In this document: piece by piece, positions 51,150 through 60,571 of the stretch | Layout: the number at the start of each line of letters is the position of its first letter | Position numbering within the stretch: the first letter of the stretch is position 1 | Assembly: GCA_045650235.1 (NCBI GenBank) | Contig: JAZRQX010000023.1 | Location: forward strand, 9,244 to 73,243 | Direction: 5' to 3' | From: Alistipes sp. | GTDB taxonomy: Bacteria; Bacteroidota; Bacteroidia; Bacteroidales; Rikenellaceae | Length of the DNA stretch: 64,000 nucleotides | Program-made: the position numbers and the translations under genes | The notes under the pieces: model-generated | The model's input: only the letters and a program-made list of their open reading frames with translations | Database searches by the model: none | What the model was told of the DNA's origin: nothing

Positions 51150-51602
51150 ATGGCTACAATTCGTCTGACTAAGGAGTTTTCGTTCGAGGCGGCGCACTCG
51201 CTCGAGGGCTACGACGGCGCCTGCCGCGAGATTCACGGACACTCATACCGCCTCTTCGTCACCATCAAGGGCGAGCCTTCGACCGATCCGTACGACCCCA
51301 AGCAGGGTATGGTGATGGACTTCGGGCTGCTCAAGCGCATCGTCGGCGAGCAGATCATCTCGCAGTTCGACCACGCCTTTGTGGTGCGACGCTCGGAGCA
51401 GGGATGCGAGCTGCGCGAGTTGCTGGCGGGCCGATACAGCAATATCGTGATGGTCGATTACCAGCCAACGTGCGAGAATATGCTCTCCGACTTTGCCGAG
51501 CGACTGCTCGAGTCGCTGCCCGACGAGGTGGAGCTCTACTCGCTGCGCCTGCACGAGACGGCATCGTCGTACGCGGAGTGGTTTGCCGAGGATAATTTGT
51601 AA
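51150..51602 (+). CDS. queD: 6-carboxytetrahydropterin synthase
   Basis: FEAAH, C..IHGHSY, DFG, PTCEN, ET. Confidence 0.92.
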   Translation: MATIRLTKEFSFEAAHSLEGYDGACREIHGHSYRLFVTIKGEPSTDPYDPKQGMVMDFGLLKRIVGEQIISQFDHAFVVRRSEQGCELRELLAGRYSNIVMVDYQPTCENMLSDFAERLLESLPDEVELYSLRLHETASSYAEWFAEDNL

Positions 51603-51657
51603 TAAGATGGTAGCAAAGAGAGAGAGAGATTTACCCTGTAATCTCTTCTCAATGCCT

Positions 51658-51821
51658 ACCTTGCGGCCGTTGGCCGCATATGCAGTTTCTGACCCAACGC
51701 CGCCATTAAGGCGAGAGCAGAGGCAGCTTGCTGACTTTGCCGAGCCGAGGCGGTGAAAAGCCGCGATAGCGGATTACCCCCAACCCCCGCCTCAGGCAGG
51801 GGCTTTGGTCGCTAAAGCTCC
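51658..51821 (+). repeat. Repeat family A, copy 2, with ~80-bp internal insertion
   Basis: Both halves match 2324-2415 and are split by 51696-51776. Confidence 0.8.
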
Positions 51822-51853
51822 AGAAGTGGAGAAATCAAGGTAATACAATTTAT

Positions 51854-54724
51854 ATGAAACGACTATTCCTTATCGACGCCTACGCGCTCGTATTCAAATA
51901 TTACTACGCCTTCTTCGGTCGCCCGATGCGCAACCGTGCGGGTATGAACACATCCATACTCTTCGGCTTCACGAAGTTCCTGCGCGACATTCAGAAGCGC
52001 GAGAATCCCGACCTGCTGGGCGTGGCGCTCGACCCGAAGGGGGGCTGTTTCCGTTGCGAGCTCTACCCCGAGTACAAGGCCAACCGCCCCGCGACACCCG
52101 AGGACATCATCGCCTCGGTGCCCTACTTGCGCCGTCTGCTGCAGGCGATGCGCATCCCCGTATATGAGATTCCGGGCTACGAGGCCGACGACGTGATCGG
52201 CACGCTCGCCTACCGCGCCTCGGAGGAGGGGTATGACGTCTATATGGTTACGCCCGACAAGGATTACGGCCAATTGGTAGGCCCTCACCGCCACATTTAT
52301 AAGCAGAAGGGCGACGGCATCGAGATCGTCCGCGAGGAGGACATCTGCTCTAAGTATGGCATCACAGACCCGAAGCTGGTGCGCGACATTTTGGCCATCT
52401 GGGGCGATGCGTCGGACAACATTCCGGGCGTGCCGGGCATCGGCGAGAAGGGCGCCTGCAAGATAGTGGGCGAGTGGGGCGAGGTTGAGAATATTCTCGC
52501 TAACGCACAGAGCATCAAGGGTAAGCAGGGCGAGAAGATTCAGGCGTGGGGCGACAAGCTCCTCCTCTCAAAGCGCCTTGCGGCCATCTGCACCGATGTG
52601 CCCGTCGAGTTCTCGGCCGAGGATTTGGAGATTTGCGAGCCCAACTACGACGAACTTCGCGCACTGTATGCCGAGCTCGACTTCACCTCGTTCTTGCGCG
52701 AGATTCCGAGTCAAACGGCTGCGCCCGTCGTGGCGGTTGCGCCCGAAGCGGCACAACGCCCCGCCAAGCGCAAGGTGGCGATGGATGGTCAGGGTGATCT
52801 GTTTGCGATGATGGCGGCGCCAGCCAATCAGAGTGTGGCCCCCACGGCCGAGCAAGCACCTGCAACACCGTCGGTGGCTGCCGATAACCCCGCCGAGGAG
52901 GACTCCTCACTACCTTACGCCACGGCCGCGACTACGCCGCACGAATATACGTTAGTAGATAATATTACTGATCTTCAGCAGGTTGTCGAGCGCATCAGCC
53001 GCTGCGAAGAGTTCTGCTTTGACACCGAGACCACGGGGTTCGACCTATACAGCGACCGCATCGTTGGCCTCTCGCTCGCCATCGAGCCGCACAAGGCGTG
53101 GTACGTCAGCTTCACGCCCGAGAATACGGCCGCCTTTGCCGAGGCTGTAAGGCCGATTTTCGAGGATGATCGCATCGCTAAAATCGCCCAGAACCTAAAA
53201 TTCGATATGATGGTTCTCGCACGGCTGGGCATAGCCGTTAGGGGCAAGAAAATCGACACGATGATTCTGCACTATCTGCTCGATCCCGAGTCGCGCCACA
53301 ATATGAACTATCTGGCAGAGAGATATTTGCGCTACACGCCTATCGCCATCGAGTCGCTCATCGGCAAGGGCGCACGCCAACTCACAATGGATCAGGTGAG
53401 CGTCGAGCAGGTCAAGGAGTACGCCGCCGAGGATGCCGACATCACGCTCCAGCTCAAGGCGGCACTATGGCCGCAGATCGTAGAGCAGGGCCTGGAGCAG
53501 CTCTACCACACCATCGAGGAGCCGATGATTGAGGTCCTGGCCGAGATGGAGCTCGCGGGCGTGAAGATCGATTCGGCACAGCTGGCCGACTACGCCGTCG
53601 AGCTCAACCGCGAACTCGCAGAACTTGAGAGCGAGATTCGCACGCTGGCCGACGAGCCTGCGCTCAACATCAACTCGGCGCGTCAGCTGGGCGAGGTGCT
53701 GTTCGGGAAGTTGCGCCTCACGGAGAAGCCCAAGATGACCAAGACGCGCCAATACTCGACCGACGAGGAGTATCTGCAGAGCTTCGCCGGCAAGCACCGA
53801 ATTGTCGATCTGGTGCTGCGCTACCGAGGCGTGAAGAAGCTCATCTCGACCTATGTCGAGGCTCTGCCGCTGCTGGTGAATCCCATATCGGGCCGCATAC
53901 ACACCTCGTTCAATCAGGCAGTTACGGCTACAGGCCGACTCTCGTCGACCAACCCCAACCTGCAAAATATCCCCGTGCGCGACCAGATGGGACGTCGCAT
54001 CCGCGAGGCCTTCATACCCTCGGACGAGGAGCACCTGCTGCTCTCGGCCGACTATAGCCAGGTCGAGCTACGACTGATGGCCCACCTGAGCGGCGACCCG
54101 TCGCTTGTCGAGGCCTTCCGTCAGGGCGAGGATATCCACGCCGCAACAGCCGCCAAGCTCTACCACAAGTCGATCGCAGAGGTTACCTCGGAGGAGCGCC
54201 GCCGTGCCAAAACCGCCAACTTCGGCATCATCTACGGCATCTCGGCCTTCGGCCTGGCCCAGCGACTCGACATCCCCCGCGGTGAGGCGAGGGAGCTCAT
54301 CGAGGGCTACTTCGCCACCTACCCCAAGGTCAAGGAGTATATGGAGCGCGTGGTGGGTGAGGCCCGTCAGCTCGGATATGTAACCACGATTTTCGGCCGC
54401 CGCCGTTTCCTAAGCGATATCTCGTCACGCAACGCTGTGGCACGCGGTGTGGCCGAGCGCAACGCCATCAACGCCCCGATCCAGGGCAGCGCAGCCGATA
54501 TTATGAAGCTGGCAATGGTGGAGATTCAGCGCCGATTCCGCGCAGAGGGTATCCGCTCGCAGATGATTCTTCAGGTGCACGATGAGGTGATTGTCGATGT
54601 GCTGAAGCAGGAGCGCGAGGTTGTGGAGCGCATCGTGCGCGAGGCGATGGAGAGTGTTGCCGACCTTGCCGTGCCACTCATATCGGAGGCAGGAGTAGGC
54701 AACAATTGGCTTGAGGCACATTAG
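51854..54724 (+). CDS. polA: DNA polymerase I
   Basis: 5'-3' exo (EADD, GD.SDNIPGV), 3'-5' exo DTET, DYSQVELR, K..NFGIIYG, QVHDE. Confidence 0.98.
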   Translation: MKRLFLIDAYALVFKYYYAFFGRPMRNRAGMNTSILFGFTKFLRDIQKRENPDLLGVALDPKGGCFRCELYPEYKANRPATPEDIIASVPYLRRLLQAMRIPVYEIPGYEADDVIGTLAYRASEEGYDVYMVTPDKDYGQLVGPHRHIYKQKGDGIEIVREEDICSKYGITDPKLVRDILAIWGDASDNIPGVPGIGEKGACKIVGEWGEVENILANAQSIKGKQGEKIQAWGDKLLLSKRLAAICTDVPVEFSAEDLEICEPNYDELRALYAELDFTSFLREIPSQTAAPVVAVAPEAAQRPAKRKVAMDGQGDLFAMMAAPANQSVAPTAEQAPATPSVAADNPAEEDSSLPYATAATTPHEYTLVDNITDLQQVVERISRCEEFCFDTETTGFDLYSDRIVGLSLAIEPHKAWYVSFTPENTAAFAEAVRPIFEDDRIAKIAQNLKFDMMVLARLGIAVRGKKIDTMILHYLLDPESRHNMNYLAERYLRYTPIAIESLIGKGARQLTMDQVSVEQVKEYAAEDADITLQLKAALWPQIVEQGLEQLYHTIEEPMIEVLAEMELAGVKIDSAQLADYAVELNRELAELESEIRTLADEPALNINSARQLGEVLFGKLRLTEKPKMTKTRQYSTDEEYLQSFAGKHRIVDLVLRYRGVKKLISTYVEALPLLVNPISGRIHTSFNQAVTATGRLSSTNPNLQNIPVRDQMGRRIREAFIPSDEEHLLLSADYSQVELRLMAHLSGDPSLVEAFRQGEDIHAATAAKLYHKSIAEVTSEERRRAKTANFGIIYGISAFGLAQRLDIPRGEARELIEGYFATYPKVKEYMERVVGEARQLGYVTTIFGRRRFLSDISSRNAVARGVAERNAINAPIQGSAADIMKLAMVEIQRRFRAEGIRSQMILQVHDEVIVDVLKQEREVVERIVREAMESVADLAVPLISEAGVGNNWLEAH

Positions 54725-54794
54725 AAGGAATAAAAAGAGTGGTAGTCCCGAGAGAGGCTACCACTTTTTATATCATCTTACGGGCTGCGCCAAT

Positions 54795-54896
54795 GGAGCC
54801 GCTCGGCGGTGACCGAAGCCCCTGCCTAAAGCGGAGGTTGGGGGGGGCAGAAACTATTAATGCGGCCAAGGGCCGCAAGGTGGACCGGCGGGAGAG
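54795..54896 (-). repeat. Repeat family A, copy 3
   Basis: Reverse complement of 2311-2415. Confidence 0.85.
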
Positions 54897-54935
54897 AGGT
54901 GTGCTTCCAGAAAGCGAGAGTACGCCGATAAGCAC

Positions 54936-55035
54936 AAAAAAAGTGGTGCGATGTCTGGCAACATCCACCACCGTGTTAGGTTAGTTAGGTTAATGAGAAT
55001 CGTGGGGCGCCTTCACAGGTTGGCCCTCACTTTGC
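54936..55035 (-). ncRNA. Candidate stand-alone sRNA (~100 nt)
   Basis: TTTG-N19-TACTTTTG promoter (55041-55071); no ORF with a start codon and stop inside the unit; terminator GTGGTG...CACCAC plus T7. Confidence 0.6.
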
Positions 55036-55161
55036 TAATACAAAAGTAAGCGATTTTTTTCGATTTGCAAAACTTATGCGACTTTTTTTCTTTTTTTTAG
55101 AAAAATTTCCACTTTTATATATTAAAAAATTTTATTTTTATTTTCGTTTTTTTCCGCTTTC

Positions 55162-56082
55162 CTATTGCCCAACTGCCGCTTGCGGAACGCTATATTTATC
55201 ATCCTTAGGCTTTTGCGCCGCCTCGATTAGTCCGTTACAGTGGCGGCTGCGATAGATAGCGGGTGTTGTGCCATATTGCTTTTTGAAAAGTTTTATAAAA
55301 TGTGATGTATTGGGAAAGGTGCACTCGATGCCGATTTCCGAAATCGACTTCGATGTGGAGATCAACAGCAGACGCGACTGCATCAGTCGCTGGCGGATAA
55401 ACCAGCGGTGGGGCGGCATAAAGAAGTGGCGTTTGAACTCCTTCTTGAACGAGGTGAGCGAGCGATTGCTCTTCTCGGCCAGCCGCTCGATGGAGATGTC
55501 GTTGAAGATGTGCGAATAGACAATCTGCTCGAAGTTATCGCGCGAGGCATCGACGTTGCTCAGCACTTTGCTCTTCAGGCAAGAGTCGCGTTGCGAGATC
55601 AGGAGGTAGATCAGCTCCGTCATCTTGATGTTCTCGGCCGTCTGGTCGTGCATAAAATTCTCCTCCTGAAGGTAGGTCGCAGCGTGGGTGAAGAAACTGC
55701 GTAGCGATATGGGAGCCGCTTGGGCAACGTGGTTCAGACGACGGCACGAGTCGCACTGGTGGGAGTTGGTGATGTTGATCGAGAAGTTCATATTCAGATT
55801 GAGCAGGATGCGCTGCAACTGCTCGGGCGAATAATAGACAACGATCTGCTCGAATGGGCGTCCATCGTCGAGAATCTCCTCGACGTAGTGGTTACCTACG
55901 CCCATATAGAAGATCTCGCCCTTGTTGATGGTGTGGCGCGCATCGCCATAGTAGATGAATTTTGTTCCTCGGACGAGATAGCCGATGGCACAACGGGTGA
56001 GCCTGAGTAGCTGAATGCCCGCATAATTGGCCTCGACGTACTTCACGATAGTCGGCTGACTATCATTCTGATTTTGTAGCAT
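55162..56082 (-). CDS. AraC-family regulator (ExsA-like N-terminus)
   Basis: SLTSFKKEF; ISEIGIECTF.N.SHFIKLFKK.YG.TP. Confidence 0.9.
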   Translation of the reverse strand: MLQNQNDSQPTIVKYVEANYAGIQLLRLTRCAIGYLVRGTKFIYYGDARHTINKGEIFYMGVGNHYVEEILDDGRPFEQIVVYYSPEQLQRILLNLNMNFSINITNSHQCDSCRRLNHVAQAAPISLRSFFTHAATYLQEENFMHDQTAENIKMTELIYLLISQRDSCLKSKVLSNVDASRDNFEQIVYSHIFNDISIERLAEKSNRSLTSFKKEFKRHFFMPPHRWFIRQRLMQSRLLLISTSKSISEIGIECTFPNTSHFIKLFKKQYGTTPAIYRSRHCNGLIEAAQKPKDDKYSVPQAAVGQ

Positions 56083-56313
56083 AATGTGTAAAATTAGTGA
56101 GTTTTGGTCTTGATTACCTTAGCAAAAGTATGGAGAAAATCACCGATTACAAGATAATCTTGAAATAAATTACAACATTTTGCTGTAATTCTTAATTTTG
56201 AGCCTTAATCTGGCATTGCAATCCAACATAAAGGCGCGATTTGGAGGAAAATTGCAAAAAAAGAGTACCGACCCCGAAGGTCAGTACTCTACATTTATTT
56301 CAATCATAAAGCC

Positions 56314-57747
56314 TTACTTGCGGCCCACCTTTGTCAGGACAAAGCCCGTGAGGAAGATGGCAGCGGTGCCGAGGACGATCGTAAGGTAGGTGTGGAGCGG
56401 GGCCCAGAAGCTCATCCACGCGATGACGGCAAGGCCTGCGGCGACGGCGACAACACCATTTGTGCGCTTCACCTTATGGCAGACAAGGCCCAGCAGGAAG
56501 AGGCCCAGCATACCGCCGCTGAAGATTGAGGCCAGCTTCCACCACGCATCGAGCACCCCGTCGATCTGCATCATCATAAGTCCGACCACAACGCCCACAA
56601 CTCCGACCGCGGCCGAAGCGCCATAGAGAACTGCCATCTCGCGTCGAGGCGACGACTCCCCGCGATGGAATTTCTTATAGAAGTCGGTCAGCACGATGGT
56701 GGCCGCCGAGTTGATGCTCGTCGAGATGGTGCTCATACCCGCCGCAAAGAGCGAGGCGATGACCAATCCCGTAAGGCCTGTCGGCAGTCCGTGAACGATA
56801 TAGTAGGGGAAGACCTTATCGCCCTGAACGCCCTCGGGCAGCAGCTCGGGCTGGGCCGTATAGTAGGCAAACAGCGCAGTTCCGATATAGACAAACACCA
56901 GCGACACGGGAATATAGAGCAGACTGCCGAAGAGTGTCGAGCGCACTGCCTCGGCCGTAGTCTTGGCCGTCATATAGCGCTGGACGTAGTTCTGGTCGAT
57001 GCCGTAGTTCTGCATATTCGTGAGAAGTCCATACACGAAGACCACCCACAGCGTCGGCTCACGCAGCGAGAGCGAGAGGCTGCCGAGCGAGAATTTGTCG
57101 TGCGCGGCCGCGATCTCGAAGAGCTGGGCGGGGCCCTCGGGCATACCTACCGTAAGCAGTACGGCGCAGACCACAGCTCCGACGATAAGGATTATGCCCT
57201 GCACGGCATCGGTCCACATCACGGCCGAGATTCCGCCCACAAGCGAGTAGATGAGCGTCAGCAGGCCCGTAGCCACGATGATCGTGCCGATGTCCCAGCC
57301 GAACATCGTATTGATGGGGATGGCGAGCAGGAGCAGTATCGAGCCCACGCGGGCAAGCTGCGTCAGCAGATAGCAGGTGGCAACATAGGCGCGCGCCCAG
57401 TAGCCGAACTTGAGTTCGAGGTAGTGGTATGCCGAGACGCTATTAAGGCTGCGGTAGAGCGGAATGAAGACCTTGGCGGCAAGCCACGTCGCGAATGGTA
57501 TGGAGAGGCTGAAGACCAGCTGATTCCAATTGCCCGCATAGGATCCTCCCGGGAGTCCGAGAAACGAGATGCTGCTGACGAACGTGGCGAAGATCGACAT
57601 TCCGACAACCCACGCAGGGAGCTGTCCCTCGGCGGCGGTGAAGGCCTCGGCGCTGCGGCGGCTGCGGCGGAAGAAGCTGCAACCGAAGAGCGTAACGCCT
57701 CCGATGAAGAGGAAGAAAATGATATAATCTAACAGCGTAAGTTCCAT
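56314..57747 (-). CDS. Sodium:solute symporter (sialic-acid/sugar-type)
   Basis: SIFATFVSSISF, WTDAVQ, DQNYVQRY, AAGMST. Confidence 0.9.
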   Translation of the reverse strand: MELTLLDYIIFFLFIGGVTLFGCSFFRRSRRSAEAFTAAEGQLPAWVVGMSIFATFVSSISFLGLPGGSYAGNWNQLVFSLSIPFATWLAAKVFIPLYRSLNSVSAYHYLELKFGYWARAYVATCYLLTQLARVGSILLLLAIPINTMFGWDIGTIIVATGLLTLIYSLVGGISAVMWTDAVQGIILIVGAVVCAVLLTVGMPEGPAQLFEIAAAHDKFSLGSLSLSLREPTLWVVFVYGLLTNMQNYGIDQNYVQRYMTAKTTAEAVRSTLFGSLLYIPVSLVFVYIGTALFAYYTAQPELLPEGVQGDKVFPYYIVHGLPTGLTGLVIASLFAAGMSTISTSINSAATIVLTDFYKKFHRGESSPRREMAVLYGASAAVGVVGVVVGLMMMQIDGVLDAWWKLASIFSGGMLGLFLLGLVCHKVKRTNGVVAVAAGLAVIAWMSFWAPLHTYLTIVLGTAAIFLTGFVLTKVGRK

Positions 57748-57941
57748 AGGCGGGAGGTTGTTGGGTTAATCGTTCACTCAAAGTTACTAATTTTATCGGT
57801 TATGTGGCGCGCGAGGGCATTTTTTTCGGCAAATAGTACATTCTGCGATTATTTTCGTAACTTTGGGAGTGAATAGGTGCACTTTTTATATATAATAAGG
57901 AGCAAGACAAAGGAATTTAAATCGACTAAAATAGAATTGCT

Positions 57942-58703
57942 ATGAATCGACTTTCAGGAAATGTAACAATCATCACAGGCGGAGGCAAGGGCATCGGATA
58001 TGGTCTGGCGGAGGCTTTCGCCGCCGAGGGTTCAAACCTCGTAATCACGGGTCGCACCGAGTCGCGCCTCGTGGCTGCTAAGGAGAAGCTGGAGCAGGCC
58101 TATGGCATCGAGGTGCTGCCCATCGTGGCCGATGGTGCCGACGAGGAGGCTATCAAGAACGTTGTGGCAAAGACCATCGAGCGCTTTGGCAAGATCAATA
58201 CACTGGTAAATAACGCACAGGTGTCGAAGTCGGGAACACCCCTCGTGGAGCACACGAAGGAGGATTTCGATCTGGCCATCTACTCGGGCCTCTACGCCGC
58301 ATTCTTCTATATGCGCGAGTGCTTCCCCTATTTGAAAGAGAGCCGAGGCTCGGTCATCAACTTCGCATCGGGTGCGGGTCTGTTCGGTAAGCTCGGACAG
58401 TCATCTTACGCCGCCGCCAAGGAGGGTATTCGCGGTATGTCGCGCGTGGCAGCCGCCGAGTGGGGCCCCGATGGCGTGAGGGTGAATGTCGTATGCCCGC
58501 TGGCTATGACCGAGAGCCTCCAGCAGTGGAAGGAGAACTACCCCGAGCTGTTCCAGAAGACTATTCAGGGTATTCCGCTCGGACGCTTCGCCGACCCCCG
58601 TCAGGATATCGGCCGCGTATGCGTCTTCCTCGCATCGGACGATGCATCGTACGTCACGGGCGAGACCATCACCCTGCAGGGCGGCAGCGGCCTAAGACCG
58701 TAA
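57942..58703 (+). CDS. SDR oxidoreductase, 12-alpha-hydroxysteroid dehydrogenase-like
   Basis: TGGGKGIG, NNAQ, SGLYA.F.YM, SGAGLFG..GQ.SYAAAKEGIRG, VVCPLAMT, DIGRVCV. Confidence 0.75.
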   Translation: MNRLSGNVTIITGGGKGIGYGLAEAFAAEGSNLVITGRTESRLVAAKEKLEQAYGIEVLPIVADGADEEAIKNVVAKTIERFGKINTLVNNAQVSKSGTPLVEHTKEDFDLAIYSGLYAAFFYMRECFPYLKESRGSVINFASGAGLFGKLGQSSYAAAKEGIRGMSRVAAAEWGPDGVRVNVVCPLAMTESLQQWKENYPELFQKTIQGIPLGRFADPRQDIGRVCVFLASDDASYVTGETITLQGGSGLRP

Positions 58704-58958
58704 TTGCAGCTGAAGTTTTACTACAAAGGAGTATTCGAACGGCGAAGCCGTAGCGGGGCACCTTATGAATATAAATATATTTTGCCACGCAACCCCTTTT
58801 TTAAGTGAGCAATCTCGCGTTCTCATTGACAACAACATCGGGCGACAGATTCTCTGTCGCTTTTTTTGCTGAAGAGGTGGCCTATGAAAATAAATTTTCA
58901 ACAGTCACCTCTAAAGCAAAAGGCGGTCACAACCGCCCCGATGTTTTTGACACAAAAT

Positions 58959-58986
58959 AAAAAAGCATCACGTTGTGTGATGCTTT
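58959..58986 (-). terminator. Terminator following the tRNA-like fragment
   Basis: AAAGCATCAC-N5-GTGATGCTTTTTT on the minus strand. Confidence 0.7.
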
Positions 58987-58990
58987 CTTT

Positions 58991-59004
58991 TGTAGTGGAT
59001 AGGG
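58991..59004 (-). other. Putative att site: duplicated tRNA 3' end (tRNA-Glu-like)
   Basis: CCCTATCCACTACA resembles an acceptor-stem 3' strand; no upstream cloverleaf; lies at the GC shift near the integrase. Confidence 0.45.
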
Positions 59005-59214
59005 CATTATTTTTGGGAGTTTGCCTTAGTTTGCTATCGTCCCATTTTTATTTGTAACGCCTTGTATATCAACTACTTTAGAGGAGCGCTTATTCCAATT
59101 AGTTTGTTTCAGTCCGTTTTGATACGCCAAAAAGTGGCTAAGAAAATGGCTAAGAAACAAACTTTATCATCTTTTATCACTTGCAAAGATAAACAAAATT
59201 ATTAAATTCGCACT

Positions 59215-60513
59215 ATGAAAGCAAATTTAACTTTTAGACCTAATGTAAGGCTTACCAAAGAACTTAATTCTAAGGGAGAAGCCTTTATTATTATTCGTTT
59301 ATCTTTCAACAAGCAGAGGGTTAATTTAGGAACAGGCTACACTATCTCTCCTGATAAATGGGATGAGACAACAGAGAAAGTTAAGAGAAATGCCAGCAAT
59401 AGTCAGAATCTTACATTTACTGAGATAAATGATGGCATAGCTAATGCTATATATATAATAAATAGTATCTTTAAGAAATATGAGCAATCGGAAGAAGGGT
59501 ATCCTACAAAAGAACAGGTAAAAGAGGAATTCCGTATTGCAACAAACCGAAAAGAGAAGGTAGAAAAGACCCTATTGGAATACTTCGATGAATTTATGGA
59601 TAACCGTTCCATCCTCAACTCTTGGAGTGAAAACAATAAAAAGAAGTTCCTTGCAGTTAGAAACAAGTTCAAAGAGTATAACGAATCCTTACAAATAGAA
59701 GACCTGAACGAATCAAACCTTGTTAAGATTGCTAAGTTCTTTCAAAAGTATTGGAAGAACAACTCTACATTTATAAAGAGATGGCAAGATATAAGAGCGT
59801 TCTTTAGATGGTGTGATGATAACAACTATCCGATTCACAATGATTGGAAGCGTTTTCAAATCAAGCAGAAAACAGCCAAGAAGTTTATTGTTTACTTGGA
59901 AGCGGATGAGTTGCTCAGAATATACAACCACAATTTCTCGAATGAGAATTCACATCTTGCTTTATATAGGGATTGGTTGTGTTTTGGAGCTTTCACATCT
60001 TTGCGATTCAGTGATATTGGGCGTTTGGAGAAAAAGGATGTGCGTGATGACTACTTTGAAATCACGACCAAAAAGGATTGCGACCCTGTAAAGATTGAAC
60101 TTAATAAATACAGCAGGGCTATTATAAATAGGTATAGAAAGAGTCCATTTGCAAAGAAGAAGGTACTACCTCCCGTGCACAATGCAGTCTTGAATAAATA
60201 CCTAAAAGACATCGGAGAGATATGTGAAGTTAATACCATAATTACCAAAACACACTACGAGGGAACAAAGCGCATAGAAGAGAGTAAACCTAAGTATGAG
60301 TTTATCACAAGCCATACAGGTCGTAAGACTTTTATCTGTCTCGCTCTGTCGATGGGAATACCCCCAACTACGGTTATGGCTTGGAGTGGACACGAGAGTT
60401 ATGAGGATATGAAACCATATATTCGTATCACTGACCAAGCGAAGGCTGATGCGATGGCAAAATTTGATACTCTTGAACAACAAACTTTAATCCCATTGGA
60501 AGAGGTGAAATAA
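59215..60513 (+). CDS. Bacteroidota arm-type tyrosine integrase
   Basis: Arm-binding N-terminus; TSLRFSD, HTGRKTF, SGH, PYI. Confidence 0.93.
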   Translation: MKANLTFRPNVRLTKELNSKGEAFIIIRLSFNKQRVNLGTGYTISPDKWDETTEKVKRNASNSQNLTFTEINDGIANAIYIINSIFKKYEQSEEGYPTKEQVKEEFRIATNRKEKVEKTLLEYFDEFMDNRSILNSWSENNKKKFLAVRNKFKEYNESLQIEDLNESNLVKIAKFFQKYWKNNSTFIKRWQDIRAFFRWCDDNNYPIHNDWKRFQIKQKTAKKFIVYLEADELLRIYNHNFSNENSHLALYRDWLCFGAFTSLRFSDIGRLEKKDVRDDYFEITTKKDCDPVKIELNKYSRAIINRYRKSPFAKKKVLPPVHNAVLNKYLKDIGEICEVNTIITKTHYEGTKRIEESKPKYEFITSHTGRKTFICLALSMGIPPTTVMAWSGHESYEDMKPYIRITDQAKADAMAKFDTLEQQTLIPLEEVK

Positions 60514-60571
60514 TATATATTATATAGGTATATTTCTAATTCCGCAATTCGATGTTATAGGAAATGGACGG

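Noticed and set aside
52700-52920. Ala/Pro-rich insertion in PolA (and the Gly-rich stretch in UvrD)
   Set aside because: Ordinary inter-domain linkers; no intein motifs
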